Shown here: piece after piece, positions 9,801 to 18,396 of the stretch
Layout: each line of letters begins with the position of its first letter
How positions within the stretch are numbered: the first letter of the stretch is position 1
IMG/VR virus record: IMGVR_UViG_3300004241_000321
Coordinates: 1-39,354 of that record
Direction: 5' to 3' (one strand)
From: a virus
Taxonomy: Duplodnaviria > Caudoviricetes
DNA length: 39,354 nucleotides
Notes under the pieces: model-generated
Database searches by the model: none
What the model was told of the DNA's origin: nothing
The model's input: only the letters and a program-made list of their open reading frames with translations
Translations under genes and position numbers: made by a program

Positions 9801-10548
9801 CGAACTCTTTTTCGATCGCATTTTTTTGAGTTCGGATCGCCTCATATACTTTTTCAGCGGTAAGCTTGCCCTCTGCCCCCATCTCTTTGAGTTTACCGAC
9901 GCTCACACCCATACCATCTGCAATAGCTTCGGCGAGGCGTGGTGCTTGTTCTAACACTGAGTTAAGTTCTTCACCCCGCAATGTTCCCGATGCAAACCCT
10001 TGACCTAACTGTATGACTGCCGCTTTTGCACTCTCCGATGCGGCACCCGAAACAATAAATGATTTACTTATTGCCTCGGTAACATCAAGATTTTCATATT
10101 GAGTTTTATTGAGATCTTGCGTAGCACGTGCGATACGAGCATAAAGATCAGCATTTTGCTCATATCCGGTACGGCTCTCTTGAGAAATGTCAAAAAGACT
10201 CCCCTGCACCGATGCGAGTTGTCTACTGGAATCTGTTACAAGGCGTAAACGTCCCTCTAACAGGTTCCACGTATCCGCTTGATGAATAGCTGATTTCGCC
10301 ATATCGGACATAAACGAAGAGCCGGCAACGACAGCCTGAAACCCGACATAGGCGTGACCCATAAATCCAATGCGTTCAGACAGTGTATCGACAGATTGCG
10401 CCGCATCGTGATTAGTTTTAGAAATTGCACGTTGAGAAGCTGCCGTACGAAGCGACTCCCGCTCTAATTCAGCGAAGCTTCGCTTAATATTATCTATTCC
10501 TTTAGAGTCAGCAGTGGTACTAAGTTTTATTCTAAGTTCTTTTTCCAT
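6823..10548 (-). CDS. Tail tape measure protein
   Basis: 1241 aa, Ala/Gly-rich; QLGQGFASGTLRGEELNSVLEQAPRLA tape-measure motif; AGGAGG RBS. Confidence 0.92.
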   Translation of the reverse strand: MEKELRIKLSTTADSKGIDNIKRSFAELERESLRTAASQRAISKTNHDAAQSVDTLSERIGFMGHAYVGFQAVVAGSSFMSDMAKSAIHQADTWNLLEGRLRLVTDSSRQLASVQGSLFDISQESRTGYEQNADLYARIARATQDLNKTQYENLDVTEAISKSFIVSGAASESAKAAVIQLGQGFASGTLRGEELNSVLEQAPRLAEAIADGMGVSVGKLKEMGAEGKLTAEKVYEAIRTQKNAIEKEFDQMPKTVAQSLVVLQNQIGLSISEFDKMHGVTSSIAGNITDLSILLSEHSGEIGTYAGYVGEAIALILIWKAGTIALAGAQSAYAAYLAASTIATTSYSIATNTTTTSVTTLTARQMAANVALSGWNKLVAINPYAIAGAAIIGVGLVLKNQADELRDSVKRTAIDVSNLSEKAIKAKITYATMQLGAVNDSINNPSIGKSLFGNERIDLNRRVQLENELKTYGKALQAFQDEANAPSAGGRNSSSTPLSEKELKAAAKAAKEYASNFKSLNDEIFSLNESDHDKALRAIDNKAKIWRDQKMPELEVAQYVSDAKSALNRKELKELGAMMNESRKLTEDNFAKADEKTREQYAKQIESAQNLYSAINDVSGNWYDNEIVNISNRAAEFAAAGNDIVDIERYVSASILSIDEKRAKEQADLAQKTFEEQNKFWFDLMGNINKAMDDQFFNAMTGKFESFGSWLKDFWGAMTNSLARGLSKSLADAMIDTGAGGIQNIFKTFGGLGSVFGSAATPAALIGATTDSAGFTTTAGGTVMDAGGQVTLQGSDYSSVMDALNIASTANTAYSLLTGGLTAALYAPSAMMGQMAGMAYGAGLTGTGSFLAGGANVLAGGGVSGLSGAAYAGGLATAGIAGGIGGYAMGSIGDKLLGADTKAADYGAIGGAAGAMIGSVVPVVGTLVGAVIGSALGSLIGGAFGKTKTTGSGIQAWSDITTESGAGAVQSYVDFKKKSWFKSSSWTNYYGLSEKEQKAIEGMFQTYDYLLGQLGDLDTIVVSAGRYSGTEFYSAIDKSFIRAFVDNPALTDTFYSAWTEYASGIGKAVQETFATMVSGYVDYTRNYKTWMLESSGDTLESLRLQAEWAQGDLNAYSNLIGVSGVTIDNYLDMYSQAIKTTFTPEAINNWQKLGDALKNSTELTKSYTDALKEQSTYIPADMMLQKVGATNTPIDIKQLVNQQGQQTQQTAQLVAVLTETVKVLKKQLTATQISNNQGVTA

Positions 10549-10560
10549 ATACTGCCTCCT

Positions 10561-10659
10561 ATGAAATATTTATCTTCTCTTTTTAGAACCGCTATACTTG
10601 GTTTTTTACTTCCGGTGATTGCCGTTTTTATGGCATTTTGGGTTCTATTTATCCGCTAA
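10561..10659 (+). CDS. Candidate leaderless 32-aa single-TM peptide
   Basis: MKYLSSLFRTAILGFLLPVIAVFMAFWVLFIR; TATACT at 10548-10553 ends 7 nt before the ATG. Confidence 0.5.
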   Translation: MKYLSSLFRTAILGFLLPVIAVFMAFWVLFIR

Positions 10660-10932
10660 CTCTAAAACCATCATCTTCATCATTCGAAACAATTCGATTG
10701 AATCTGTTTTATGCTTTTTGGCAAAATCACTTACAACCGCATAATCACAATATGGACCTTCCATAGATCCACTTAGCGATAAGTGAAAGCAATCTGTGAT
10801 AACACGCTCTTCCTCATCGATAGGGATAAAGATTGCATCTTCATCAAGTCGATCTAATTTATCGGCTAGATGCATGAAACTTTGCCCTTTTGAATATTCA
10901 GAGGCAAAACGCTTCATCCGTTTTACTTTCCC
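10645..10932 (-). CDS. C-terminal (-1 frame, gpT-like) part of tail assembly chaperone
   Basis: Open in the -1 frame from slippery GGGAAAG: GKVKRMKRFASEY... Confidence 0.75.
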   Translation of the reverse strand, partial: GKVKRMKRFASEYSKGQSFMHLADKLDRLDEDAIFIPIDEEERVITDCFHLSLSGSMEGPYCDYAVVSDFAKKHKTDSIELFRMMKMMVLELADK

Positions 10933-11360
10933 TTTTTTGCCTCTTGTTCGATGTAATTCATCGCTTCATAATAATTGATGTTATGCTCATCGATATAGTC
11001 ACGCAAACGCTCTTTATCAGGTCCCGTAACCATCATTAAAAAACGTGAACGATATACTTCACCCAACATATCTTCAATCTCTTTTTGGTCTTGTGTGCCT
11101 ACTTCAGACTCAAGAGATTCAATCTCATCTAAAAGGGCTAAAGCCTCTTTGACTTTACCGTCTGCTTTTAACAGCTGATAGCGTTCGATCTTGTTATTCA
11201 GCTTCTTGCCTGCAGCAGCTTTAGCTTTGGACTGTGATTCGAAATCACCGTTTTTTTCAATCAACGTAGCTTGCTGTTCTTTTGAAAGATTAGAAACGGT
11301 TACCTTGAAACTTTTATCATCGACTTGAATATCTACTTCTACTTTTGATTTTAGTGCCAT
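10923..11360 (-). CDS. Tail assembly chaperone (gpG-like)
   Basis: Between tail tube and tape measure; ends GCA AAA AAG GGA AAG TAA. Confidence 0.8.
   Translation of the reverse strand: MALKSKVEVDIQVDDKSFKVTVSNLSKEQQATLIEKNGDFESQSKAKAAAGKKLNNKIERYQLLKADGKVKEALALLDEIESLESEVGTQDQKEIEDMLGEVYRSRFLMMVTGPDKERLRDYIDEHNINYYEAMNYIEQEAKKGK
10926..10938 (-). other. Programmed -1 ribosomal frameshift site (overlapping A AAA AAG and G GGA AAG)
   Basis: Both heptamers are in X XXY YYZ register; GGGAAAG is the lambda G-T slippery sequence. Confidence 0.8.
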
Positions 11361-11380
11361 TGTTTTGCCTTTTTTTGTAT

Positions 11381-11394
11381 TTTCCCGCGGGAAA
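11381..11394. repeat. 14-bp palindrome TTTCCCGCGGGAAA, copy 1
   Basis: Perfect palindrome upstream of the chaperone gene start. Confidence 0.9.
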
Positions 11395-11424
11395 TTTTTT
11401 GATCAAAAAATTCATTGCCTTTTT

Positions 11425-11454
11425 AAAAATGGTGATGGGAAGGCTAACCCATCA
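11425..11454 (-). terminator. Hairpin or weak terminator after tail tube gene
   Basis: TGATGGG-N8-CCCATCA followed by CCATTTTT. Confidence 0.4.
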
Positions 11455-11456
11455 GA

Positions 11457-12371
11457 TCATTTATAAGTGATCGTGTAGTTATCGTTCCCGGCTGATGCCT
11501 GAGCACGGAATGTGCGGGAAATTTTTACATTTCCTGAATCATCATTTTCAGCCACGTCCTTGAGCATCGCATATGGGATAGTCAATTCGATCATAGACCC
11601 CGCCGCTCCAACTTGAATGACTATGGCTCGAACAGTACCGCTCGCATAATCAATCCAAGCCTGCTCGTCAGTACCTTTTTCTTTAACCGCAGTGATAGTG
11701 ATTGTAGGATCGAAATCTACTAAGTAATACATAGATAAATCTAGAGCGTATAACTCTTTGATTTCATTCCCCATATCAAACTCAAAACTATCCGCATTGA
11801 GCTGAGTACCGCCTACCGTCAATACGGTAACCTTTGTTACTAGTGGAGCCATATTCTCATCAAGCGTAACGGCGGGGTTGACTTCAGCTGTTGCTTGCGC
11901 AGAGGACATAAACCCTTTGACTGATGCCGTAGCAGATAGAGGCTCACCTACTTTACCGCTGATTTTAATATTTCCATAAACACCACTAAGTGCTCGTACA
12001 TACCCATCGGTATAGACTTTAATCTGTCCAACCCCTTCATCTGATCCACCGGGTTTGTATTCCACTTTTGTTGCGGCTGTGATCGTTTCAGCTAACCCGC
12101 AGATTTTGAGAAGATTACTAATACTTGGCGCGGTACCGAGTGCAGATGCTTTTTTCATTTGTACTGGAATATCAAACTCGGAATTAACCCAGTTTGGATC
12201 GATAAAGGTTTTTTTAGCCCCCATCATCCCGTTACCATTATCTTTATACTCGCCTGATTTAACTTTTGCATTTACAAATACAACACCGGTTGTAGTAACC
12301 ACATATGCTGCGGATGGCACACCGCTAGAATTAGCTAGAATGACATTTTTAAGAGTCTTTTGAGTCGCCAT
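11457..12371 (-). CDS. Major tail tube protein
   Basis: 304 aa, beta-rich, precedes the chaperone; no sheath gene present. Confidence 0.75.
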   Translation of the reverse strand: MATQKTLKNVILANSSGVPSAAYVVTTTGVVFVNAKVKSGEYKDNGNGMMGAKKTFIDPNWVNSEFDIPVQMKKASALGTAPSISNLLKICGLAETITAATKVEYKPGGSDEGVGQIKVYTDGYVRALSGVYGNIKISGKVGEPLSATASVKGFMSSAQATAEVNPAVTLDENMAPLVTKVTVLTVGGTQLNADSFEFDMGNEIKELYALDLSMYYLVDFDPTITITAVKEKGTDEQAWIDYASGTVRAIVIQVGAAGSMIELTIPYAMLKDVAENDDSGNVKISRTFRAQASAGNDNYTITYK

Positions 12372-12522
12372 CGTCTTTTACCTTTCCTGTACTTTTAAGC
12401 GTTTGGGCAGTGGCCTCGTCAACCGTAACCACCCCGCTATATTTGACCTCTCCGATGATGATGGTCGTATGATCATCAATCGTTAATGTCACACCTGCAA
12501 CACCACTACTTTGTTTTTTCAT
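12349..12522 (-). CDS. Small virion-associated hypothetical protein (MKKQSSGVAG...)
   Basis: AGGAGA RBS before ATG 12522; fills gap between terminator and tube genes. Confidence 0.6.
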   Translation of the reverse strand: MKKQSSGVAGVTLTIDDHTTIIIGEVKYSGVVTVDEATAQTLKSTGKVKDDGDSKDS

Positions 12523-12523
12523 A

Positions 12524-12832
12524 TCAATCTCCTGACCAAAGCGTCGCTTTGACCATAAAATATTCATGCTCCAACCCGTCATTGAAATCGAGGGTACTTT
12601 CTGCAAATTCGATCTTCTCAGGGAAGTTGATATCACCTGCATTGCCTAACGTCATCAACGCATTTGTTATTGACTCTCCGATATCTGCATCTCGCTTGAT
12701 CTTGACCGCGAATACAACTTCTTTGAGTGTTGCCGCAGTTGGGATACGTCGAAATACGAAAACATCCGCTATCTTTATGATAGGACGAATCGCATCGTTA
12801 ATGCGTGTTTTTACAATGGCTTCAGTCATCAT
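12524..12832 (-). CDS. Putative tail terminator protein
   Basis: About 100 aa, position before tail tube; call is by synteny only. Confidence 0.5.
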   Translation of the reverse strand: MMTEAIVKTRINDAIRPIIKIADVFVFRRIPTAATLKEVVFAVKIKRDADIGESITNALMTLGNAGDINFPEKIEFAESTLDFNDGLEHEYFMVKATLWSGD

Positions 12833-13110
12833 ACGGGCGTACCTAAAACGACTGTAACCGATCCAAATCCATCATCATGTGGACCACTTGCAACACCATA
12901 CGTTTTGCCCTTTGCAACGATCACTGAATCAGCGGTGATAGCTGTACTTGAAGCAACTTTGAGCACATTGACCAACTCTTCCATCTCACCGGATTGCTCG
13001 AGCAAAAACCCTGATACTAACTCACCATCTATCGTTACCGAATCGGCAAGCTCATTCGAATTCATAAACACGTTTTCCATATCAGCGGTGAGTTGGTATT
13101 TTAGGCTCAT
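12829..13110 (-). CDS. Head-tail joining protein (gpFII-like)
   Basis: Acidic 93 aa; VFMNSNELADSVTIDG...GKTYGV...DDGFG pattern and synteny. Confidence 0.6.
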   Translation of the reverse strand: MSLKYQLTADMENVFMNSNELADSVTIDGELVSGFLLEQSGEMEELVNVLKVASSTAITADSVIVAKGKTYGVASGPHDDGFGSVTVVLGTPV

Positions 13111-13112
13111 TG

Positions 13113-13568
13113 TTATTCTCCGAGTTCCTCTGCGATCAGATCACGGATCGATTCGATATCCATTTCATCAGGAATATCGATCCCCTCTTTTTCAGCGAGA
13201 GCACGAAGTTCATCTTCGTTCATCTCGTCTATATTGATCCCGTTTCGATGTTCATCGATCAGTTTGATCAACCCTGCTTTATTCAGGCTTGAATATTTTT
13301 CAAGCCCAAAATGCTTACATACTTTTTTGAGTTCTGTATCTTTAAGTACACTTAAATCTTCAAACACTGCCATCTCTTCAACGGAAAGCTCATCTTTTGG
13401 AAGGGTTTGTGCCGATGGTTCAACCGTATCTTCTGCGGCACCGTGTTCGACGAGATATTCTGCTTCTTTTAGATCGATATCTTTACCTTTTCCGATCAAA
13501 AGCACCTCTTTTGACTTACGTAATTTCCCGCAGATTTTGGCGGAATTTAGGAGCTTAATGGCTTTCAT
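13113..13568 (-). CDS. Acidic packaging accessory protein (gpFI position) with small HeH/Rho-N-like repeats
   Basis: Start MKAIKLL coupled to capsid stop; LKDTELKKVCKHFGLEKYSSLNKAGLIKLI and MNEDELRALAEKEGI repeats. Confidence 0.6.
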   Translation of the reverse strand: MKAIKLLNSAKICGKLRKSKEVLLIGKGKDIDLKEAEYLVEHGAAEDTVEPSAQTLPKDELSVEEMAVFEDLSVLKDTELKKVCKHFGLEKYSSLNKAGLIKLIDEHRNGINIDEMNEDELRALAEKEGIDIPDEMDIESIRDLIAEELGE

Positions 13569-14599
13569 TAGAACACCTTCATCGATACAATCGCATCGAT
13601 TTGATGTGCTGCAGGAAGCGGTGCAGACTGAACCATCAACCACGTTACATCAGGATCTTCCACATCCCATGTTTTAGGAAAGCGAGGGATTGCCGCATAT
13701 CCTGCTTTTTTGTCTTTGATTGCACCGTAGTGGCGGCGGAAATCGGCTTTTGTAGAAGTAATGACGATTTGACCGTTTGGAATCATCGGTTGCTCAGTTC
13801 CCGCATCATCGATGTACCAGTTGTCATATCCATACAAATCAAGCTGTTTTCCGCTGACGGTTACATAACCATAGTACGAAACTCCATCTCCCATGTCTTC
13901 AGGTTTAATAAACCCAAGATCGGCACGACGTGTATTGAGGTTGTCTTTGACTTTTGCATGACGCACATAGACATCCATCGTCGCAGTGTTACCAATCACA
14001 ATGTTGGCAGATAGCCCAGCATCTTGCGAGATAAGCCCAACAGCATCACTGAGGTCACTATCAGGATCAGACAAAACATCCGTCCAAATATTGGTACCTG
14101 TAAGTGTGATTTTGTGATCAGAGTCCATGAGAAGATCGATGCGATAATTAACCCCATCACCCACGACATCTACATACCCATTTACGAGTTGTTGTGCACA
14201 CATCCACTCTTCGCGACGAATGATCATATCTTCGAGATCATTCAGTTCAGTAGCCAACATATCACGCGCACGCTCTTGAGGTGTTTGCATTGAATATGCG
14301 GATTCACCTTCACCGCGTGCGTTGACAATCAATTCAGCATCAAGCTCTTTTTTGGGTTTAACATACGCAGGTTCATAACTGTTTGTAGTTTTGCCGAGTT
14401 TTTCAACCAATTTACCCTCAACGCGAGGTGATTGGAATGGAGCCATACGGCGCTTGCCCTTAATGATGTCGATATCAACATATTTACCGATCTTTGGATC
14501 AACTTTTGAAAACAAGATATCAAGAAGAAATGTTCCAGTCTTTTTATCCTGACGCATTGCCATAGCCATGGCGCGTGATGCGAAAATACTAATCATCAT
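13568..14599 (-). CDS. Major capsid protein (lambda gpE family)
   Basis: 343 aa; RRMAPFQSP, REEWMCAQQL, MVQSAPLP motifs. Confidence 0.9.
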   Translation of the reverse strand: MMISIFASRAMAMAMRQDKKTGTFLLDILFSKVDPKIGKYVDIDIIKGKRRMAPFQSPRVEGKLVEKLGKTTNSYEPAYVKPKKELDAELIVNARGEGESAYSMQTPQERARDMLATELNDLEDMIIRREEWMCAQQLVNGYVDVVGDGVNYRIDLLMDSDHKITLTGTNIWTDVLSDPDSDLSDAVGLISQDAGLSANIVIGNTATMDVYVRHAKVKDNLNTRRADLGFIKPEDMGDGVSYYGYVTVSGKQLDLYGYDNWYIDDAGTEQPMIPNGQIVITSTKADFRRHYGAIKDKKAGYAAIPRFPKTWDVEDPDVTWLMVQSAPLPAAHQIDAIVSMKVF

Positions 14600-14606
14600 A
14601 TTCCCC

Positions 14607-14966
14607 TTACGCCGTTACAGACGTTTTGATATAGATACCTGCATCGCGTAGCGGTGCTTTGACCGTAGCGGCAGTATGCCCTGTTCCGAAATTCAACGCA
14701 TTTGCGTTAAACTCACCTTTTACATAAACCGCTACACTTGTAACATCAGCCGCGCTTGGGTCACAATCCTCTGCCAAAATAGCATCAGGAGTTTGGCTCC
14801 CATCGGCCGCAGCAGAAGCAGACAAAATATATTTACCGCCAGTGGTAATTTTCCCAAGAACCGCACCGCGTTTAAGTGCGCTTCCACCTGATGCGATCGT
14901 TACGATGTCGCAAACCGTTCGTGTCTCTCCGGCAATCAGATTGTCGGGTGTATAAATCTCAGCCAT
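14607..14966 (-). CDS. Head decoration protein (gpD family)
   Basis: LKRGAVLGKIT...DGSQTPDAILAED...GEFNANAL. Confidence 0.85.
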   Translation of the reverse strand: MAEIYTPDNLIAGETRTVCDIVTIASGGSALKRGAVLGKITTGGKYILSASAAADGSQTPDAILAEDCDPSAADVTSVAVYVKGEFNANALNFGTGHTAATVKAPLRDAGIYIKTSVTA

Positions 14967-15487
14967 TACATTTCTCCTCGTGCTTTTTTACCGGCTTCGG
15001 CCATTTCCGCTGCCGCTTTGTCATCATCTGATACATCCGTATCACCGCCGTCTGCTGAACCGCCACCAAGCGCGATTAAATCTTTACCGAGTGATTCGCC
15101 ATCAGCACGGTGAGATGAGCTCATACTAGTTCGTTTTCCGTTCATCGCATCGAACATTTGAATCTTCACTTGATCCGGTGTGATATTGGTATCCGCCAAA
15201 GCGGCCGTAATAACACTTTCATATCCCGGTTGAGCGAGTGATTGAATCGCTAAAATACGAGCATTTTCAGCCGCAATAGCCTCAGCGGTGCTAGTGCTTG
15301 ATTCAGCACGCCCCTCTTCCACTAAAGCCGCTACGATATCCGGGTGACTTTCCCGAAGTGAATCAGCAGTAATTGCAATCGGTTCGATTGTTGCCGTCGC
15401 AATTGAACTTGAGACAATCTCAGCAGCGACAGCAGGAAATTTTTCCTGAATCATGGCAGCTGTGATGTCAGTATCTTTGTACATCAT
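14966..15487 (-). CDS. Capsid scaffold protein
   Basis: Ala/acidic helical; ITADSLRESHPDIV and AENARILAIQ motifs; own AAGGAG RBS. Confidence 0.65.
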   Translation of the reverse strand: MMYKDTDITAAMIQEKFPAVAAEIVSSSIATATIEPIAITADSLRESHPDIVAALVEEGRAESSTSTAEAIAAENARILAIQSLAQPGYESVITAALADTNITPDQVKIQMFDAMNGKRTSMSSSHRADGESLGKDLIALGGGSADGGDTDVSDDDKAAAEMAEAGKKARGEM

Positions 15488-15500
15488 TGGTTCTCCTTGG

Positions 15501-16295
15501 TTAAGATTGAAGCTCTACTATGAGAGCCTCTAATGTTGTTATTTCATCGATCATCCCTGCTTTTAAAGCATCGGAACCGATGAGAAGATCACCCTGCCCG
15601 AAGTTTTTCAAAACTTCCTCTTTGGTAATGCCTCGATTGGCCGCTACATCCTCTACGAAAATTTCGCCGAGCTTGTCCGCCCACGCCTGAATCTGATTTT
15701 TCCCTTCATCGGTTTTAATGTCGGGTCGTTTTTTCGGGCTTACGGACGAGACGATTTCGATCTTCTCGCTGCCGTCGTCAAATATACGAAACGAATACAC
15801 CGCACCGATGCTCCCTACCATCGCCGTTTTTGATGCGGCGATATGGTTACACGCACTCGCTAGCCAATACCCTGCTGATGCGGAGAGATCATCGACATAA
15901 GCGATAACCGGTTTTTTCTGACTAACCATCCGAATCAGCTCTGCATTTTCAGCGATAGAAGCAGCTTGCCCGCCCGGAGTGTCAAAATTTAAAATGATGT
16001 GGCTGACGGATCGGTTGTCTCCCGCTGCCACAATATCTTTAGCGAGCATTTCGGTCGAAGTTCCTCCGCAAAATTCTGTGAAAAGATTCGCATAACGGTA
16101 AATCCCTCCGATTACTGGGACAATTGCGATACTTCCGCGCATCTCTACGGTACGTGTGTTATCGAGTTTTGTCCCCACTTTTGCCGCGAGTGCTTCTACA
16201 TCATGTTCACGTTTTGCGATTCTCGCCATCATCTCCAGACGATCCGGCATCATTAACCACGGCTGATTTGCCATAGCGTTTAAAATCGCACTCAT
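15501..16295 (-). CDS. Prohead protease, peptidase S49 family
   Basis: FDTPGG, SASAGYWLAS, VGSIG motifs. Confidence 0.9.
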   Translation of the reverse strand: MSAILNAMANQPWLMMPDRLEMMARIAKREHDVEALAAKVGTKLDNTRTVEMRGSIAIVPVIGGIYRYANLFTEFCGGTSTEMLAKDIVAAGDNRSVSHIILNFDTPGGQAASIAENAELIRMVSQKKPVIAYVDDLSASAGYWLASACNHIAASKTAMVGSIGAVYSFRIFDDGSEKIEIVSSVSPKKRPDIKTDEGKNQIQAWADKLGEIFVEDVAANRGITKEEVLKNFGQGDLLIGSDALKAGMIDEITTLEALIVELQS

Positions 16296-17866
16296 TTGTC
16301 CTCCTCATCTGTTAGGATTGTTTCAGTGATCACCGATGGATACTTAATAGCGAGGTGACCGGATTCTTTCATCTTTCGGATCTCTTCTGTACCGCGTTTG
16401 ATGTTTTGGTCAAAATCACTGCCGTTGATCTCTGCCGCTTCACGAGTTCGGGTGCTATACCCTGACTCGACACGCATATCCGCCGCTTTGGTTTCATTGA
16501 CTGGGTTGAGCTGACCCTGAGCGGGTCCGTTCCATGATGCCCCGCAGTATGCTTTTCGGATCATTGGATCTTCGAGAAATCCGGGAGCACTTAAATACCC
16601 CATTAATACCGCTTCGGTAAGCACCGCTTCATAAGTAGGTTGACAGAATTTTTTAGCAAACCAAGTACGGCGAGTGCGGAACATTTTCCACGCTTCTAGC
16701 AATGCAGCACGGCTAGCAGAGTATGAAGCACTAAAATGTTTCATAAGCACTTCAAACGGGATGTTGAGCGCGGCACCGATCTGTTTTAGAATCGCTTGGG
16801 TAAAAGGATCGAACGCCGTATTTGGTCGGTTAGGGTTTGCAGTTTCTACCGTTTCACCAGGGGCAAGTCCTAAAATAGCACCTGCCGATAAGTTGAGTTC
16901 ATCGTGATCTACATTCGTACCGCTTCCGCCGTTTTCATCTTCCATATCGATGTCAACACCACCCGATTCACTCTTGATAAATACGGTAAACAACCCGCTC
17001 ACAACTGCGGCGGTTAATTCTGCGTGAGTGTAATCGGTGAATTGTTTCAGAGGCTCGATGATCGGAGCGAGGATAGATACCCCGCGACGTTGCCCCGGAC
17101 GCACTTTTTCAAATACATGGAGAACATTACGACGGCCGCTACTTCCAAAAACTGGTACTTTTTTGGATTCAGTCGATAACTTGAATCCGCCAGGATGATA
17201 TTTCGAGAAGTGGTAATGAGTCGGAGCACCTAGCGCATCTGTCTCTACCCCTCCGGCTATTTTTTCTGTATCCATAGCATTGTTCGGGTTACAGCATCGA
17301 TCCGCTTCGATCAGCTGAATAGCAAGGGAAAACGGAGAGTCTTGACGCTTGACATAAGGGAGAGCGGCAAAAACGTCACCGCTGATAAGTGCTCCGAAAA
17401 GGGCAATCGTTTGTAATTCATAAAAATTAGAGGTACGTTCGATATCGGCGTTTTCCGAATCCGCCCAAAATCGAAAGATTCGCTCCGCTTTGACTTCCCA
17501 CGCTCTCGCATCATCTTCACTCATCCCTAAAAACTCATGATCGATTTCAGACTGCACCATGAGCCCTGACCCGAGGATATTAAATCGCATCGTATCCATA
17601 GCCCCCCGAACGATCGGAGCGTTGCGGTACATATCACGGGCAATTCCACGGAGTTTTTCGAGTGATGGGAGATCATCGGTATCAGATGATCCGATAGCAG
17701 CATTGGCAGAGCGCATAGAACGGCGTGACGTATCGGCACCGATATATCCACCCATTGCCAAAGATTCGTATTTCATACGCGATTGAATACGCGATATCCC
17801 CCACTCAGGAGCCATAAACATTACGGCTTTGTCGATTATGTTAGGGGTTACGGTTGGTTTTTTCAT
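16292..17866 (-). CDS. Portal protein, lambda family
   Basis: ARDMYRN, QLIEAD, RPGQRRG, SYSASRAALLE, GQLNPVNE. Confidence 0.92.
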   Translation of the reverse strand: MKKPTVTPNIIDKAVMFMAPEWGISRIQSRMKYESLAMGGYIGADTSRRSMRSANAAIGSSDTDDLPSLEKLRGIARDMYRNAPIVRGAMDTMRFNILGSGLMVQSEIDHEFLGMSEDDARAWEVKAERIFRFWADSENADIERTSNFYELQTIALFGALISGDVFAALPYVKRQDSPFSLAIQLIEADRCCNPNNAMDTEKIAGGVETDALGAPTHYHFSKYHPGGFKLSTESKKVPVFGSSGRRNVLHVFEKVRPGQRRGVSILAPIIEPLKQFTDYTHAELTAAVVSGLFTVFIKSESGGVDIDMEDENGGSGTNVDHDELNLSAGAILGLAPGETVETANPNRPNTAFDPFTQAILKQIGAALNIPFEVLMKHFSASYSASRAALLEAWKMFRTRRTWFAKKFCQPTYEAVLTEAVLMGYLSAPGFLEDPMIRKAYCGASWNGPAQGQLNPVNETKAADMRVESGYSTRTREAAEINGSDFDQNIKRGTEEIRKMKESGHLAIKYPSVITETILTDEEDK

Positions 17867-18108
17867 CGAGGTACCACATTTTTCACACGGATACCACGGC
17901 GCGGTGTGACCTGAGCTTGCGTAATATCATAGTTGGGGCCGTATTTGCGGATTTTATCTTCGAGGCGATCTTCACGAGCTTGCAACATCTCCAAATCAGC
18001 ACGAGTGAGCTTGCGCCCGTCCATCTCATAACTCTGAGACGAAAGAACTGCTTCGATAGCAGCTTGTACCGATGTGAGTTGTGCAATGAGTGTCAAGGTT
18101 AAATCCAT
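17863..18108 (-). CDS. Head-tail adaptor (gpW-like)
   Basis: QSYEMDGRKLTRADL motif immediately before portal. Confidence 0.75.
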   Translation of the reverse strand: MDLTLTLIAQLTSVQAAIEAVLSSQSYEMDGRKLTRADLEMLQAREDRLEDKIRKYGPNYDITQAQVTPRRGIRVKNVVPR

Positions 18109-18148
18109 TTATTTTTAATCTTGATGACATTTTCACAGAAGCGGAGGA

Positions 18149-18177
18149 AATAAAAAAGACAGCAGTTTTGCTGTCTT
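18149..18177 (-). terminator. Intrinsic terminator or palindromic operator before head genes
   Basis: AAGACAGCA-N4-TGCTGTCTT followed on minus strand by TTTTATTT. Confidence 0.6.
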
Positions 18178-18204
18178 GACTTTGGTTATTTGTTTGTGGT
18201 ATTT

Positions 18205-18396
18205 TTAGGCAGTTTTACCGAATAGTCTCATTATTTCTTCGTATTTTTCGGCAAATGTAGGGCTTTCAAGGAGGAGCATTTTAAGAAGCGATCCTGTTTC
18301 TTCGGTGTTTTTATCCGCTTTTATCATCTCAATTGCATTAAAAACATTGACATCAACATTGACCCGCATAGGTGTTTTATATTCTTTTTTAGCCAT
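18205..18396 (-). CDS. Small putative DNA-binding protein (ribbon-helix-helix-like)
   Basis: 63 aa; basic beta strand MRVNVD then two helices; coupled to the terminase stop. Confidence 0.55.
   Translation of the reverse strand: MAKKEYKTPMRVNVDVNVFNAIEMIKADKNTEETGSLLKMLLLESPTFAEKYEEIMRLFGKTA

Noticed and set aside
11514-13532. Half-sites AATTTCCCGC near 11514-11524 and 13522-13531
   Set aside because: Only one arm matches and both lie within coding sequence; not counted as full sites.
2078-18147. 12-bp match CAGAAGCGGAGG at 2089-2078 (minus) and 18136-18147 (plus)
   Set aside because: Many 12-mer matches are expected by chance in 39 kb; no extension or consistent context.
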